A stretch of 64,000 bases of DNA from Octopus vulgaris (GCA_951406725.2 OX597821.1:71858001-71922000); one strand, 5' to 3'; counted from the stretch's first letter, positions 14,140 through 27,510 are shown. A program made the numbers and translations. The notes: generated by a model not told the origin, from the letters alone.

Positions 14140-14310
14140 GTATACATGTATATACATCAATATGTATACATATATACATGTATACTGGGAAGGAGAGAGA
14201 GAGAGAGAAAGAGAAAGAGGGAGATTTTTCATTCGTCGTTCACAACGAGAGAATCCATCGTATATATGTCTGCGCGCGTGTGTGTGTGTGTGAGTATGTA
14301 TATGTGTGTG

Positions 14311-14372
<62 letters not shown>

Positions 14373-14443
14373 CATATATATATACATACATATATATATA
14401 CACATACATACGTACATATATATATGTATATATACATATATAA

Positions 14444-14481
<38 letters not shown>

Positions 14482-14875
14482 GCATAGCAACATCGTTTCA
14501 AACCGTACACTGCATACTTTGCTTGCCTTTAGTAGTTTGCTAGTTAATTGCAGTGGTGCTGATCTTTTCCAGCCAACCTTTTACATACAACTATCAGCAA
14601 TTATAATATTTTCTTACTCTTATTAGATTTAATATTTGATATATTTTATATTATTAATCTTTCATTTTATTCTCCTGTATATTCCCAACAGGAAGAAACA
14701 TAATCTTATTGGAAACTTTGGAAGTATTTATAACGTAAATTGCGATGAAAAAAAAAACTTATCTTTGAAGTCTTATATAGCACGATAATAAGATGGGATT
14801 AAAAAGTGATTCTTGAAAAGATCTCACTGCAAAGTATTCGCTATTGCATCAAATGTATGAAAAAATAGAAAATAT

Positions 14876-14922
<47 letters not shown>

Positions 14923-14955
14923 CATATTTCCTATATATATATATATATATATATA

Positions 14956-16120
14956 ACAAAGTTGAGTTGTGGGGTATCGCACGAGTGGAATTATATACGA
15001 AAGAAGGTTTGAAAATGCAATTTAAAAGATGTTTATTTACTTAACCGGTTTCACTCTTTGGAAAAAGATTGTCAAAAGTAACATAGAATATTATGAATTC
15101 AAAAAAGTTTTTTACATAATTGCCACATAACATGTATATATACAGTCTTTGGTAACAGGGACATGTTAAGGACATAAAGAAGTACAACAGTGTGATGAGA
15201 ATATTTGAAAAAATGGGCAGAAAAGAATAAAACAAATATATTATTGGAAGTTTGGTTGCGTTAATTATTGGTTGTTGCAAATTGCCACATTACATGTATA
15301 TAAACAGTCTTTGGTAACAAGGACATGCTAATGACATAAGAAAGTACAACAGTATGATGAGAATATTTGAAAAATGGGCAGAAAAGATTAAAATGAATAT
15401 ATTATACATCTCAGGGTCAGTACAGAATATTATGAATTCATGGCGAGTTTGTTTACTGACCTGTCCGTTTTAGCAGAAATGTTGAATTGAGAAAGATGTA
15501 CCCGTTTTTTTCTGTTTTTGACTTTCCTTCAAGCATCAATGATTTTGGGGTTAGGATGAGGTGAATATATGTGTCTCTCTGCGTGTGTGTGAATAGATGT
15601 GTCTGTGTGTCTGTAGTATTTGGTCAGATGGCGTCTGTTTGTCAAGTGTGTGTGGTTGTCATGGTGTTGTGTGTGCGTGTGTGCGCGCGTGCGCGTGCGC
15701 GTGTACGCACGCATGAGTGTGGATGGCATTTGACATGGTGCTGCGTGTGTATATATGTGCCTGTATGGAGGTGAGACTGGTGTGAGTGTGCATGCCCCTG
15801 TGTGCGTGCACACACACGTATACATGCGTCTGCATGTGTGTGGGGGCTGTTTTTGAATGGTTCCAGGGTGGCGAAAATAGATGTGTGTTGTTTAAAGAAT
15901 TTTTGGGGGGTAGGATGGTGTGTGTATATATGCGTGCCCGCCCGTGCGCGCGCGTGCGTGCGCGTGCGCGCCAACGCGTGTATGCGGGCCATACACACAC
16001 ACTACACATACATACACACTCACACCAGTCTCACCTCCATACAGGCACATATATACACACGCAGCACCATGTCAAATGCCATCCACACTCATACGTGCGT
16101 ACACGCGCACGCACACACTC
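14956..16120 (-). mobile_element. Probable non-coding PLE-derived element with hammerhead, internal tandem duplication and inverted repeat
   Basis: Starts at (TA)n; hammerhead-like 15037-15081; about 125-bp duplication 15119-15244/15281-15405; inverted arms about 15693-15790 and 16015-16112. That these belong to one element is inferred. Confidence 0.5.
15037..15081 (-). ncRNA. Minimal hammerhead-like motif, U3:A8 core
   Basis: TTACTT-TTGACAA-TCTTT-ttcc-AAAGA-gt-GAAA-CCGGT-T-AAGTAA. Confidence 0.6.
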
Positions 16121-16719
16121 ATATATATATATGAGTGTGTGTGTGTGTGTGGATGTATGCGCACATGTTTAAGCTTGTGAGTTTTGTATATATGTAAGAA
16201 GGCATATATCTCTGTATGTGTGTTAGTATATGGGTTTGTGCATACTTGTATGTGTGTGTATGTGTGGGTCTGTGTTTGTGTGTATGTGTATCTGTATGTC
16301 TGTGTGTGTGTGTGTAATCGTCCGGTTTCATCTGTTTATCCCGAAACAACACTGATATTTATCGGCGAATCTTTCGCATGTAGATGCACGTGTAACTCAA
16401 AATGAGGCATGAACAAAAAAAAAACTTGTCGTCCTTCCTCTTTTCGTAAAATGAGAATGAAACATGGAAAGTGCTGTGGAGCGTGTGCGAGTTACAACGA
16501 AAAAAAGGGGATTAAGTAAGAATCTTAATTTTTATGCAGAAACGTTTTCAGTTTTACACGTCAATCTCTTTCTTTTCACTTTCCTTTCTGTATTCTCTCT
16601 GACGGTTGCACACACACACACACACACATACATACATACATACGTACATACATACATACATACATATATACAGACAGACTGACAGACTAACGGGCAGGCA
16701 GACAGACAGATAGACAGAC

Positions 16720-16880
<161 letters not shown>

Positions 16881-18592
16881 GCAGACAGATGCATACACAT
16901 AGATTGACATATGTGTGAATATACATGTCTAAATGGTGCTTCAGGGAATCCTGATTATCTCAATCATTCCTTCATTTGAAATTCCGACTACCAGAATATA
17001 GAGAGAGGAAATCAACCAATAAATGCAAAGAATTCTATACAACCTGAAAATCAAAGGTATGTATATCTGTCGCAGGATATAAAATAAACCAACATAAACA
17101 TCACACTTATTCTCTAGTTACGATCGTTTAAATAACCCATGTGATTATTCTATCAATCAACATGCTTTTTCGTATATATAGAAAAATTATAGATTTCTAA
17201 GTAATATTGAAAGAAAATTCCTTTAGCTATCTCATCCCAACTTTTGACAGAGTGCGTATACAGACGAATAGAATCCTAAATATAATTTGGTGGGTGGTGT
17301 TTGAATGTCATAGAGAGACAATTACGCGGATACTCCATGAAATAAAAAAGGAAACAAGGAGACAGGAAATCGCAATATATCCTGAGATATGATCAACTGT
17401 TACGTCTAAATGTTGTAGTGCGCAGGACAAAGGCAGGGATTTATCGAGTACAATATGCGAAGAGGCATAAGGATTCATGTTCCAGCAGTAGCAGTCATGA
17501 CTTCATTCTCAAAGAATCATTAATTGATGGAAGGGATAAGCCTAAACGAAAACCAAATATATAATAGAAGAAAGTGAAATGAAATGAAAAAGCATATTAG
17601 AGACGGTGTACAAGCGATAAATATAAAGATGTTAGGTTAAGAAACTAACTATGCACTTCCCAGGAAATCATGTAAAGCACTAGGCCAAAAGGTGGTTGGA
17701 ATATAATTATTATTATAATATATTACGATATATTATAATTATTATGAAATTATAATTTGCAGAAACAGTATATAGTTCTAAAATGAAAATGAAGTGGAGA
17801 AATAGGAAGTAAAAATGGATAAATATATTGATATAGGTAATTATCGCAGTTTGCTCATCAAGAGCGAGATGAACTAAGACCAGAGGATTAATTCTGTACG
17901 AAACGCTTAATGCCTTAGGAATTGGTGAACGGGAAGTACAAGACTATGTGTTTAGAAATATGAGTGTTAGTGTTAAAGAGCAATGAAACACACTTGGATA
18001 CGTGAATCGCCATATTTGTGTGCCTCGCAATTTACCCCAAATAAATTTAATAGACAGAATTTCCATCTGCAATTTTCTGCCCAGTTGCAGCAAAAACGCG
18101 GCCCATGTTTGAAAAGTACGATCGCGGAAGATGAAAATTGAACTGCTTACCACAAATTAACGTTAGCAAACTCCAAACATATTTTTCTGTTGTTAAAATC
18201 TTTCATGCTGGCAATCAAACTCAGGAGCAACGATATGTAGCTAAATGTATAAAGACATTTTGTTCAGTTTTTTATTTATTTATTTTCTTATTTGTTTGTT
18301 CATTTATCCATGATGGCGACATGTTTGTGAACTTTTAGATGCCTATCACAGAGATTCTTACAGCAAATATTTTTATAAATATTTTCACACAGAAATTATT
18401 TATAATTTATGTTCAATTCTGTATGTCCTTCAGTTTCCCACCAAGTAGTTTCAGCGGGAACTGACAAACACAAACTAGTGTCTATCTAAACTAGTGTGTA
18501 CATGAAGCTCACACACATACACACACACGCACACACATACGTACTTTTATACACATATACATATATGCATATGCATACATACGTATAAAGAG

Positions 18593-18644
<52 letters not shown>

Positions 18645-19299
18645 GTGTGTGTGTGTGTGTGCTATTTCGTCCAGATATCTCTTACCTAATTAGGTTCATG
18701 TTTCAAAATCCACTTATATCTAATTCATACATAAAATATCAAATATTCCTTTCTAAAATTTTCTCGCTTCGTGACTTTGTAGGGGAAGAAATGCAGTCCC
18801 TATGACCCTTTTTAGGGGCTCCACTACAAATGTGATATAAATGCAACGAAATTTAATTAAATTTTCCAAGAGAAAACTTAGGGCTCCATATGTAAATTAA
18901 ATCCTTAGCATGGCTAAAATAAAATGAATCGACCCCACCACCATCAATATAGACGCGGGTGCATGTTCCAGTTTAAAACATTACTGGCTGCCAAAAAGGG
19001 ATCTTAATTATTTGAAATATTAGAATATCTTTGATAATTCATTTGACGTTTCATTTCTTGAGGATTTAACGAAATCTGATCCACTTATAAAATAAATCGA
19101 GGTAATCAGTCGACTTTCAATGGCGATAATAATCAACGGCAAGTACAGATTCAGTGAAGCAAGCGCCAAATGATTCCAATAAACGACGTGACTTCCATTC
19201 ACCATTATCTTAGCAATTTAAGTTTTTGACGCCAACCACTGTACTCTATCGTACATTTCTTTTTGTGTGTGTGAGTGCTTCTTTCATCAGTTCTTCGGC

Positions 19300-20460
19300 A
19301 AGCGCAGTGAGGTCTATGAGCAAAATGTTTAAAGCAGATAATCCCTGTTCGATGCCCAGAAGTCATTATACCATAGGAATGATGAGAGTGAACTAGAACT
19401 CTCGAAGCACAGACTCCTCAACCACAGCATTGATTTATGCCGAGTCGACCATATAACGGGTTTACACCAATCCGATGGCCATGCTTTAGACACTTTCCGA
19501 AAGAACCTAATCGCATCCTTTAATAGCTGTGGCCTCAAAATAATTCAGATATTAATTTAATTCAGGCAAATTTCCTAGCTGCATCACTATACCTGAAACA
19601 GGGAGGGAAAGCCGCAAAGAAAACTTGAGATATATAAATAAACATTTCTCTCACTCTTGCAATTTTTAGAAACCTCATTTTCAACACTAACCACAGGACT
19701 TCCATTCTATTCTCTTCAAACGACATTTTATGGTCACCCTGTACAATAATAACAGGGCTCTGCTAAATAGGGGCTTTAATGAACAGATCGTCTAAACCGT
19801 AACAACCAAAGGATACAGAAAGATACCCTATAAAATTTATCTAGTTCGCATATCCTTCCTCTTTAAATTTTAAAACTAAAGTAGGTAGGAAATCCAAGGC
19901 ACTTCCAAGTATTTATTCCCCAGTACAGCACTGATATTGTAAGATCTTCAAAGCGTGCAGTGAAATTTGTCAACTGTCCTCTCAGCATGAAATCCAGAAG
20001 AACACCCAAACTGAAGCCAAATAAAATCCCAAAATGCCCATGTAGAAAGAAAGGTGGTCACCCTTTAGACTAAAACATGCTTTCTCAAGTCGAGTGTTTA
20101 TATGACACAAGTCATCTCAGTTGCCTCAAGCCAAACACAAAAGCAACGTTTCATATAGTTGAGGACCAATTTAAGTAAAAAAAAATCAACTTTATATCAT
20201 TTTTCATACAACCAGATAAACAGCTACGTCATTAGCGACACCTATGTTGTCTTTGAAAGAATTGACAATGATGTGAAATGAAGAATTTCTCGAGAAAACA
20301 AAGAAATTCAGATACTTAACAATAAGAACACAAATTCTCCAAAGCTTAAAATTTTCTAATGACTGTCTCAAACCTAAAAATGAAATTTTACATGATGTTC
20401 TTTCACAAACAAATTCAAGGAGAAATCTCAACCTCTGAAGAATACACCATCCTAGTTAGC
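19300..20460 (+). pseudogene. Highly decayed PLE RT/endonuclease remnant
   Basis: Hand translation IDLCRVDHITGLHQSDGHALDTFRKNLIASFNSCGLKI...NFLAASLYL resembles the PLE RT pattern IGLYRDDG...F...GLKI...NFLDVTLNL; CPCRKK motif near 20034. Confidence 0.4.
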
Positions 20461-22267
20461 CACCATACTATGAAGGCAGCTTCTTGAAATTTCCTTTTTC
20501 CATCCTTTTTCCTCTAATGTTTCTTATATTTTTATTTCCTTCTATTTTTACTTCCTTCTCTTCCAGGTCTTTCCTGAAATATTTTACCAATACTAACAAA
20601 TTCTGAACATACCTTTACGTTTGTGGCCATGTTATTACTCATGCATTATTGATTTTGTATTGATACATGTGGTTTTTGAATATTTGATTATGGCATTTCA
20701 TACTAAAACAATATCTTCGCTCAGAGTTCAACCCACTCATTGCGTCCTTTAATGTTTGATCCAAATTTTTCTCTCACATTTCTTCTCCTTCATCACAGAA
20801 TGAGCTAAGACTCGGCTTTTCTTTTCTTTAACTTTTCTCATCATTTCTCGCTTTCTCCGATATAAATCATCTCCAAGCTTTTGCTTTGAACAAGGCCTGA
20901 ATAACTTAGCAAGCAGAATGTTGTGGAGCGCTAAGATCCCTAGTCAGGCCTTCTCACGTTAAACCAATTTATTTGGCATATCTATGGTAGTATAAATTAC
21001 CGATATGAATATTGCATGTATGCTGTGTACGTGTGTGCGTGTGAACTGCGTACGTGTGTGCGTGTGTGTGTTGTGTACGTCTGTGCGTGGTTGGCTATGT
21101 GCATATATGCATGATTTTTATCATAATGTATATATTTCGTACACCTGCCCTTCTCTTTGCAGTGTAAATAAAGTGGATACACTATCGTTATACAAATTAG
21201 ATAGACTAGTTTACCTTTGCCTCAGATTGTATACATTTTAAAAAGGCCAGAAAGTAATGAAGTTCCTGAGGACAGAAGAACCGCTTCTTTCTCTGATGAA
21301 ATTCTAATAAGACTAGAAACTAGTCAAGTTGAACCACGCTTCTCAAGAAGGGGAATATAAAAATTATAAGCACTTTCTTATAGTAGCACGACGAATTGTA
21401 TATTCGTTACATCAATTTGTACAAACAGGATATCTAATGCACTAGTGATAAATACATAATATAATATAATATATACTTACGTTTACATAACTATATACAC
21501 ACACGTATAAATACATATATTCATGTATACTCATATGTATGTAGAAAAGAGGAGAGAGATGCATGTATATATACATATATACATATATATACATATATAT
21601 ATACATATATACATGCATATGCGCGTATGCCTGTATGTATATAAACGTGTGTGCGTGCGTGTGTGTGTGTGTGTGAGTGCGTGTGTGTGTGCGTGTGTGT
21701 GTGTGTGTGCGTGTGCGTTTTGACATCAAAGAGATGACCTAAGTGCAACCTCGACTGTGAACTGGAACTATAACCAAAACATCTTCCTCAGCACTTCAGT
21801 TATGTTCCCTTCGCACCAAACATGACACTAGAATCTCTTATTAAAACGCAGACCTTTCAAAGACTGAGGAAGAAGTGAGAGATGGCTGAACGTAGAGAGC
21901 GAAACGCTAAGTGCCCACTTCTACAAGCCATATTAGTATCAATAGTCCAAAAGTTGTCATTTATTTTCAAGCCGTTTACACCGTGACATCATGACCCAAA
22001 CAAGTAGCTTTTCCCTTTTGGACAACAGCCACTGTAATGGTATAATGTATGACTAGCCGTACCCCAAATATGTCAGCAGGCTTTCTTTGCGATGCGCTTT
22101 TTGTTTTTACTTTTTGCAAAATTATAAAACAGTACAAGTACAAAACAATTGGCGTTGTGCGTGCATGGACAATAGTTTTACACAATACAAGTTATTTTGC
22201 TTCTTTCTTTCTTCTTTTTCTGCTTCTTCTTCATCTACTTTGTCTTCTTATTCTTCCCCTTCTTCAT

Positions 22268-22269
22268 AC

Positions 22270-22330
<61 letters not shown>

Positions 22331-22496
22331 TTATTATTATTATTATTTTTAGTTTTTTTTTTATTGAGTGAGAGAGCAGTGCATGCCATCAAAGTGACAC
22401 TGGGGTAAAATATACGAAGCCCATTATACCCGTCATGACTACCCGTCTGATAAGGGTACTCAAGGCACATGCATCACAACCATATGTGCGCGACAC

Positions 22497-22595
<99 letters not shown>

Positions 22596-22605
22596 GTTAT
22601 TGTTA

Positions 22606-22640
<35 letters not shown>

Positions 22641-22650
22641 GTTATTGTTA

Positions 22651-22695
<45 letters not shown>
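22268..22695. repeat. (ATT)n arrays with an embedded ~135-bp unique island (22362-22498), possibly a LINE 3' end
   Basis: Direct reading; island starts with poly-T, like the minus-strand 3' ends of neighbouring LINEs. Confidence 0.75.
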
Positions 22696-22696
<1 letters not shown>

Positions 22697-23232
22697 GCCA
22701 TCGCCTTCTTTTAACCGAGAAGGAAAAGCTGTGTTTATATGCCTAGTGGCCATGGCGAAAGAAGTTGTATGGTGACGAGAGTGAAGGGGGCTAAAGACAA
22801 CCACTTTTCTCTTTGGCCAATCCCTGATCAACTTCTTCAAGTTTCGCTTGAAAAGCAAAATAAGGAAAGAGAGGGAAGTATTGTCTTCTGGCCAATTCGA
22901 TGAAAGGTGGCTGAAAGTGGCGAGAATGGTGCGAGCGAACGGGCCTGCTCTGAGCATACGCCTGTAGTTGGAAAAAAGGAAAGAAAAAGAGGCAGCTGCT
23001 CCAAAAGTCGGGGTACCCATGGTTTTTATGGGGTCTTTCCATGAGCAACCCTCGAACGTCTCCTCCCTATTGAAGATCACACATTGTTGATTTTTTAAAT
23101 TTTGTTGGTCTTGTTTACACGCAAAACCCTCACAGCAAACACACTCACACACATACACACACACATTCTTTGTTTTGTCCTGTATTGTCCATAATGTCTT
23201 TCTTAATGTAAATCCTTGTGGTTAATAAAGAG
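22696..23232 (+). mobile_element. 3' end of an L1/Tx1-like LINE in (ATT)n
   Basis: Hand translation LVAMAKEVVW...FFKFRLKSKIRKER...FDERWLKV resembles Tx1 ORF2 C-termini; 3' UTR ends AATAAAGAG directly before (ATT)n. Confidence 0.55.
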
Positions 23233-23268
<36 letters not shown>

Positions 23269-23271
<3 letters not shown>

Positions 23272-25510
23272 TAGTTTTATTTTTATTTTTATAGCGTGCT
23301 TTCACTTCACTACCGAGCACAGCTCTGTGTGCCTTGGGTTTGTGCTGTGATTTGTTGTGATGCTCTGATGGTTATTGTATGGAAAGTGTTCTGCGTAGGA
23401 TGTGTGCAGTGCCCAGTAGTGCAATTTTCTGTATGTTATATGTGTTTGTAAGTCCTGGTGTTTTTGTTATGTATTTGTCTGAATATTTTTTTATCATGCC
23501 TAATGCACCTACTATGATAGGAATTGTTTCTGTTTTCAGATTCCACATTCTAGTTACCTCTATTTCCAGGTCTTTGTATTTTGAGAGTTTCTCCATTTCT
23601 TTTAGAGACACGTTGTCATCTGCCGGTACTGATACATCAATTAGAAAGCATTTTTTTTCTTCATGGTCTCTGACAACTATATCTGGTCTGTTGGCCTTAA
23701 TTTCTCTATCTGTGTGTATCGGCATATCCCAGAGTATGGTTGCTTTCTCGTTTTCTGTGACCTTTTCTGGTGTGTGCCTATACCATCTTTTTTCTGTTGT
23801 TATTCCATAATGTTGGCATAGCTTCCAATGTATGTAAGTTCCAACTCTGTCATGTCTGTGAATATATTCCTTCTTAGCCAGGACTGGGCAGCTAGAGATA
23901 ATATGATTTATTGTTTCTTGTCCATCTCCACATATTCTGCAGTTACTTGTAATATTTCTTTTCATTACATGTTTTTGGTAATTTCTGGTGGGGAGGCTTT
24001 GGTCTTGTGCTGCAATTAAAAATCCCTCTGTTTCTGCTTTGAGTCCTGAGCTTCTCAACCATTGCTGGGATTTTTCTTTGTCTATTTCTTTTGCGTTTAG
24101 TTTAGTCCAGTATTTACCATGAAGGGGCTTTTCTTGCCATCGTTTTATCATGGTTCTTTGCTGTTCTATTTTTAGTTTGGATTTCATTTTTTTTATAGCT
24201 TTTGTTGTTTCTTCATCTTCTTCTTCTTCTTCATGTTTATTAGGTGGTATGATTTCTTGTTTGTATTTGTCAGCTTCCTTAAATACTGAGAACAGTTTTT
24301 TGTTTTGCTCGTGTTTTGCCGCTATCTGGATCAGTTTTCCTTCCTTCTGAAGTAGATATTTTTGCAGTCCTATGGTGGTTATTTTATAGTAGTTTTCCAG
24401 CTGTATAAGGCCTCTACCACCTTCTATACGTTGTATATATAGTCTTTCTATGTCAGATTTTGGGTGATGCATCCTAGATCCTGTCATTATTTTTCTTGTT
24501 TTCCTGTCTATTTTGGTCAGTTCATTTCGTGTCCAGTTAAGGATATTGTAGCTGTAACTTATAACTGGGACAGCTAAAGTGTTGATACCTATTATCTTGT
24601 TTTTAGCATTGAGCTCTGTGTTTAGTATTGATCTAACTCGTCTATAATATTCTTTTTTTATTTTCTCTTTCATTTGTGTGTGTTGTGTCTTATCTAGTTC
24701 ATGGATTCCTAAGTATTTGTAAGTTTGGCTTTGGTCTAATTCTTTTATTTCATTTGCTTCATCTAGTGTGATGTTGTTACTCTTAACTAGTTTTCCTCTT
24801 TTCATGGTTACTTTGGCGCATTTTTCTAATCCAAATTTCATATCTATTTCTTTGGTAAATCCATGAACTGTCTTTAATAGTGTTTCCAGCTGTTTGTCAT
24901 TTGCAGCGTATAGTTTTAGGTCATCCATATATAAAAGGTGGCTGATCGTTTGGCCGTAACATTTATATCCGCATCCAGTTCTATTTAGCATATCAGATAG
25001 AGGTGACAGTGCTAAGCAGAAAAGGAGTGGAGAGAGCGTATCTCCCTGGAATATTCCTCTTCTAATGGGGATGTCTTTTGTTTTCATGAGTCCCTCTTTT
25101 GTTTGGAGGTGTAGGACTGTTTGCCATTTATTCATAGAGTGCTCTATGAATTTTATGATTGTTGGTGCTACTTTGTTAATGGCTAGTGTTTCGAGGATCC
25201 ATGTGTGGGGGATGCTATCAAACGCCTTTTTGTAATCAATCCAGGCCATACTGAGGCCTTTCTTCTTTCTGTGGCTGTCTTCAGTTATGGCTTTATTAAT
25301 CATTAGTTGATCTTTACAGCCATATGAGCCTTTGCGGCATCCTTTCTGCTCTTCTGGGAACAGTTTGTTTTCGTCCAGGTGCTTGTTCAGCCTTTGTGAT
25401 ATCACTGCAGTAAATGCCTTGAACATAGTAGGGAGGCAGGTTATTGGTCTGTAGTTTTCTGGTTTTTCTGTTTCATTTGATTTGGGAATTAAGATGGTTT
25501 TCCCCTTCGT
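23269..25510 (-). mobile_element. 5'-truncated R4/Dong-like non-LTR retrotransposon flanked by (TAA)n
   Basis: RT + CCHC + restriction-like endonuclease ORF; (ATT)n at 23233-23268 and 25510-25559; TAA-repeat targeting is the known Dong trait. Confidence 0.9.
23372..25510 (-). CDS. RT-zinc knuckle-RLE polyprotein (5'-truncated, about 710 uninterrupted codons)
   Basis: ENYRPITCL, IDYKKAFDSIPH, GIFQGDTLSPLLF, YMDDLKLY, CRICGDGQETINHIISSC, RHD, RPDIV..IDVSVP..EKLSKY; the first ~33 aa of the 745-aa track ORF are microsatellite/neighbour read-through. Confidence 0.9.
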   Translation of the reverse strand, partial: TKGKTILIPKSNETEKPENYRPITCLPTMFKAFTAVISQRLNKHLDENKLFPEEQKGCRKGSYGCKDQLMINKAITEDSHRKKKGLSMAWIDYKKAFDSIPHTWILETLAINKVAPTIIKFIEHSMNKWQTVLHLQTKEGLMKTKDIPIRRGIFQGDTLSPLLFCLALSPLSDMLNRTGCGYKCYGQTISHLLYMDDLKLYAANDKQLETLLKTVHGFTKEIDMKFGLEKCAKVTMKRGKLVKSNNITLDEANEIKELDQSQTYKYLGIHELDKTQHTQMKEKIKKEYYRRVRSILNTELNAKNKIIGINTLAVPVISYSYNILNWTRNELTKIDRKTRKIMTGSRMHHPKSDIERLYIQRIEGGRGLIQLENYYKITTIGLQKYLLQKEGKLIQIAAKHEQNKKLFSVFKEADKYKQEIIPPNKHEEEEEDEETTKAIKKMKSKLKIEQQRTMIKRWQEKPLHGKYWTKLNAKEIDKEKSQQWLRSSGLKAETEGFLIAAQDQSLPTRNYQKHVMKRNITSNCRICGDGQETINHIISSCPVLAKKEYIHRHDRVGTYIHWKLCQHYGITTEKRWYRHTPEKVTENEKATILWDMPIHTDREIKANRPDIVVRDHEEKKCFLIDVSVPADDNVSLKEMEKLSKYKDLEIEVTRMWNLKTETIPIIVGALGMIKKYSDKYITKTPGLTNTYNIQKIALLGTAHILRRTLSIQ

Positions 25511-25514
25511 AATA

Positions 25515-25559
<45 letters not shown>

Positions 25560-25560
<1 letters not shown>

Positions 25561-26088
25561 TATGTTTGACTATTGCTTTATGTCTGTACAAGTTGGCTCC
25601 AAGTCTCACCCAGAGACCTCAAGAGACAACAGGTTAGAAGTTCTGTGCCATATATTTGGGGTTTTTTTTCTTTTTTTTTTCTGGTGTTGTACTAGTGAAT
25701 GTCTAATGCATAAAAAAAAATTTTTTTTTAATAAATAAATAAATAAATAAAAAAGTTTGTTTTAAACCTTGAGATTACATAGAGAGTATTTTGCGTAGGA
25801 TATGAGCAGTTCCCATGAGCACTATCTTTTGAATTTCTGCCATTTTGGGGTTTCCTGGTATCTGAGTTAGGTAGCAATCAGTCCCTTTCGCTATCATTCC
25901 CAGGGCACCTATGGCAACAGGTATTGTTTTAGTCTTCAGCTTCCACCTTTTGTTGATTTCTATTTCAAGATCTTTATCTTTGCTCAGTTTTTGGTAGGTC
26001 TTGACAGATACGTTTATATCGATTGGGACAGTCATATCAATGAGGAGGCATGTTCTTTGTCTGAAGTCTTTCAATATAATGTCTGGCC

Positions 26089-26089
<1 letters not shown>
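25560..26089 (-). mobile_element. Second Dong-like family: RLE domain + 3' UTR
   Basis: PDIILKD..CLLIDMTVP..KLSKDKDLEIEI..IGALG..LMGTAHILRKIL; bounded by (ATT)n on both sides. Confidence 0.85.
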
Positions 26090-26156
<67 letters not shown>

Positions 26157-26482
26157 GGCGCTCCTTTTCAGCGAGGACTGGGCAGCCAGAAACAACATGA
26201 TCAATTGTCCCTGTGAATTTTCTGCAAATTCTGCACGACGGGTCAGATCCATATTTAAGGACGTCTGCATGGTAGTTTCTGGTGGGTAAGCTCTGATCTT
26301 GCACTGCAATAACAAAACCTTCTGTTTCCCCTTTCAGACCTGTCCCTCGTAGCCATTGGTGTGTTAGATTTTGATCAATATCTGGCTTTGACAGGCGGTT
26401 AGGGTATTTTCCATGCAGAAGTTTGCCTTTCCAGTTGTCTTCGATATTATTCATGCAAGCCTTCGTTGCTTTTTGTTTGATG

Positions 26483-26485
<3 letters not shown>
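26157..26485 (-). mobile_element. Dong-like fragment (pre-endonuclease and CCHC region)
   Basis: WKGKLLHGKY..WLRGTGLKGETEGFVIAVQDQSLPTRNY..CRICRKFTGTIDHVVSGC; bounded by (ATT)n. Confidence 0.85.
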
Positions 26486-26555
<70 letters not shown>

Positions 26556-26589
26556 TATTATTATTATTATTATTATTGTTATTATTTTG

Positions 26590-26875
26590 AAAACTCTCAG
26601 CTTATTTTGCTGAGTATGATGGAAAGTGTCAGCTGACAACAACCAGCAGACTAAGGTGACACTTAAATACTGTTTCAAGAACACCACGAAGAATTCTTGC
26701 AGTTCCAAGCAATGATGGTTTTTGTAGGTGTTCTATCTTTACATTGGTACCAATCTTTTTGAGCTACGATGGTAGTTGAATGCTGATACTTCCAAGCGTG
26801 CCAATCACTATTGTTATCACGTACACTTTCTTTACTGCCGACAACCTGCTTATTTCCCACTTCAAATCGTCATAA
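26590..26875 (-). mobile_element. Older RLE-LINE 3' fragment
   Basis: Hand translation VKKVYVITIVIGTLGSI..KIEHLQKPSLLGTARILRGVLE. Confidence 0.7.
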
Positions 26876-27144
26876 TTATTCAGTTTTTCTTCTTTTTCTT
26901 CGATCCTGTTGCCACCAGCATATGCTCAGTTGATTATCAAGCACGTTTCCCCACACTCTTTTTATTCACCACAACAATGTCCCGCTTCCGATGTTTGTCA
27001 TATTGAATTAGCACCCCACAAGGTTTTGCAATCTTCATTTTCGGTGACTCGTTCTAGGAATTGGTTGAAGATGATGTTAAAACTTAGGTAAATAGGTTAT
27101 TTTTTATTAAACATAACTCATCCTGGAATGTTTTGATACCACCT

Positions 27145-27200
<56 letters not shown>

Positions 27201-27367
27201 TATATTCGTACATCCTAAAATGTGTATGAATGTTCTTTTATACTGAAACCACCAATTATCGTAAGAATTGTTTCTGTCTTCTGGTTTTACATTCAGGTTA
27301 CTTCTATTTTTCTTTTTCTTTGTAAGATATATTGCCATTTGTTTTGTTGTTGTTGTTTTTGTTGTTG

Positions 27368-27510
<143 letters not shown>

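Noticed and set aside
25511-25609. N-terminus MRLGANLYRHK..IIII of the 745-aa ORF
   Set aside because: Read-through of (ATA)n and the neighbouring element's 3' UTR; the LINE is 5'-truncated at about 25510.
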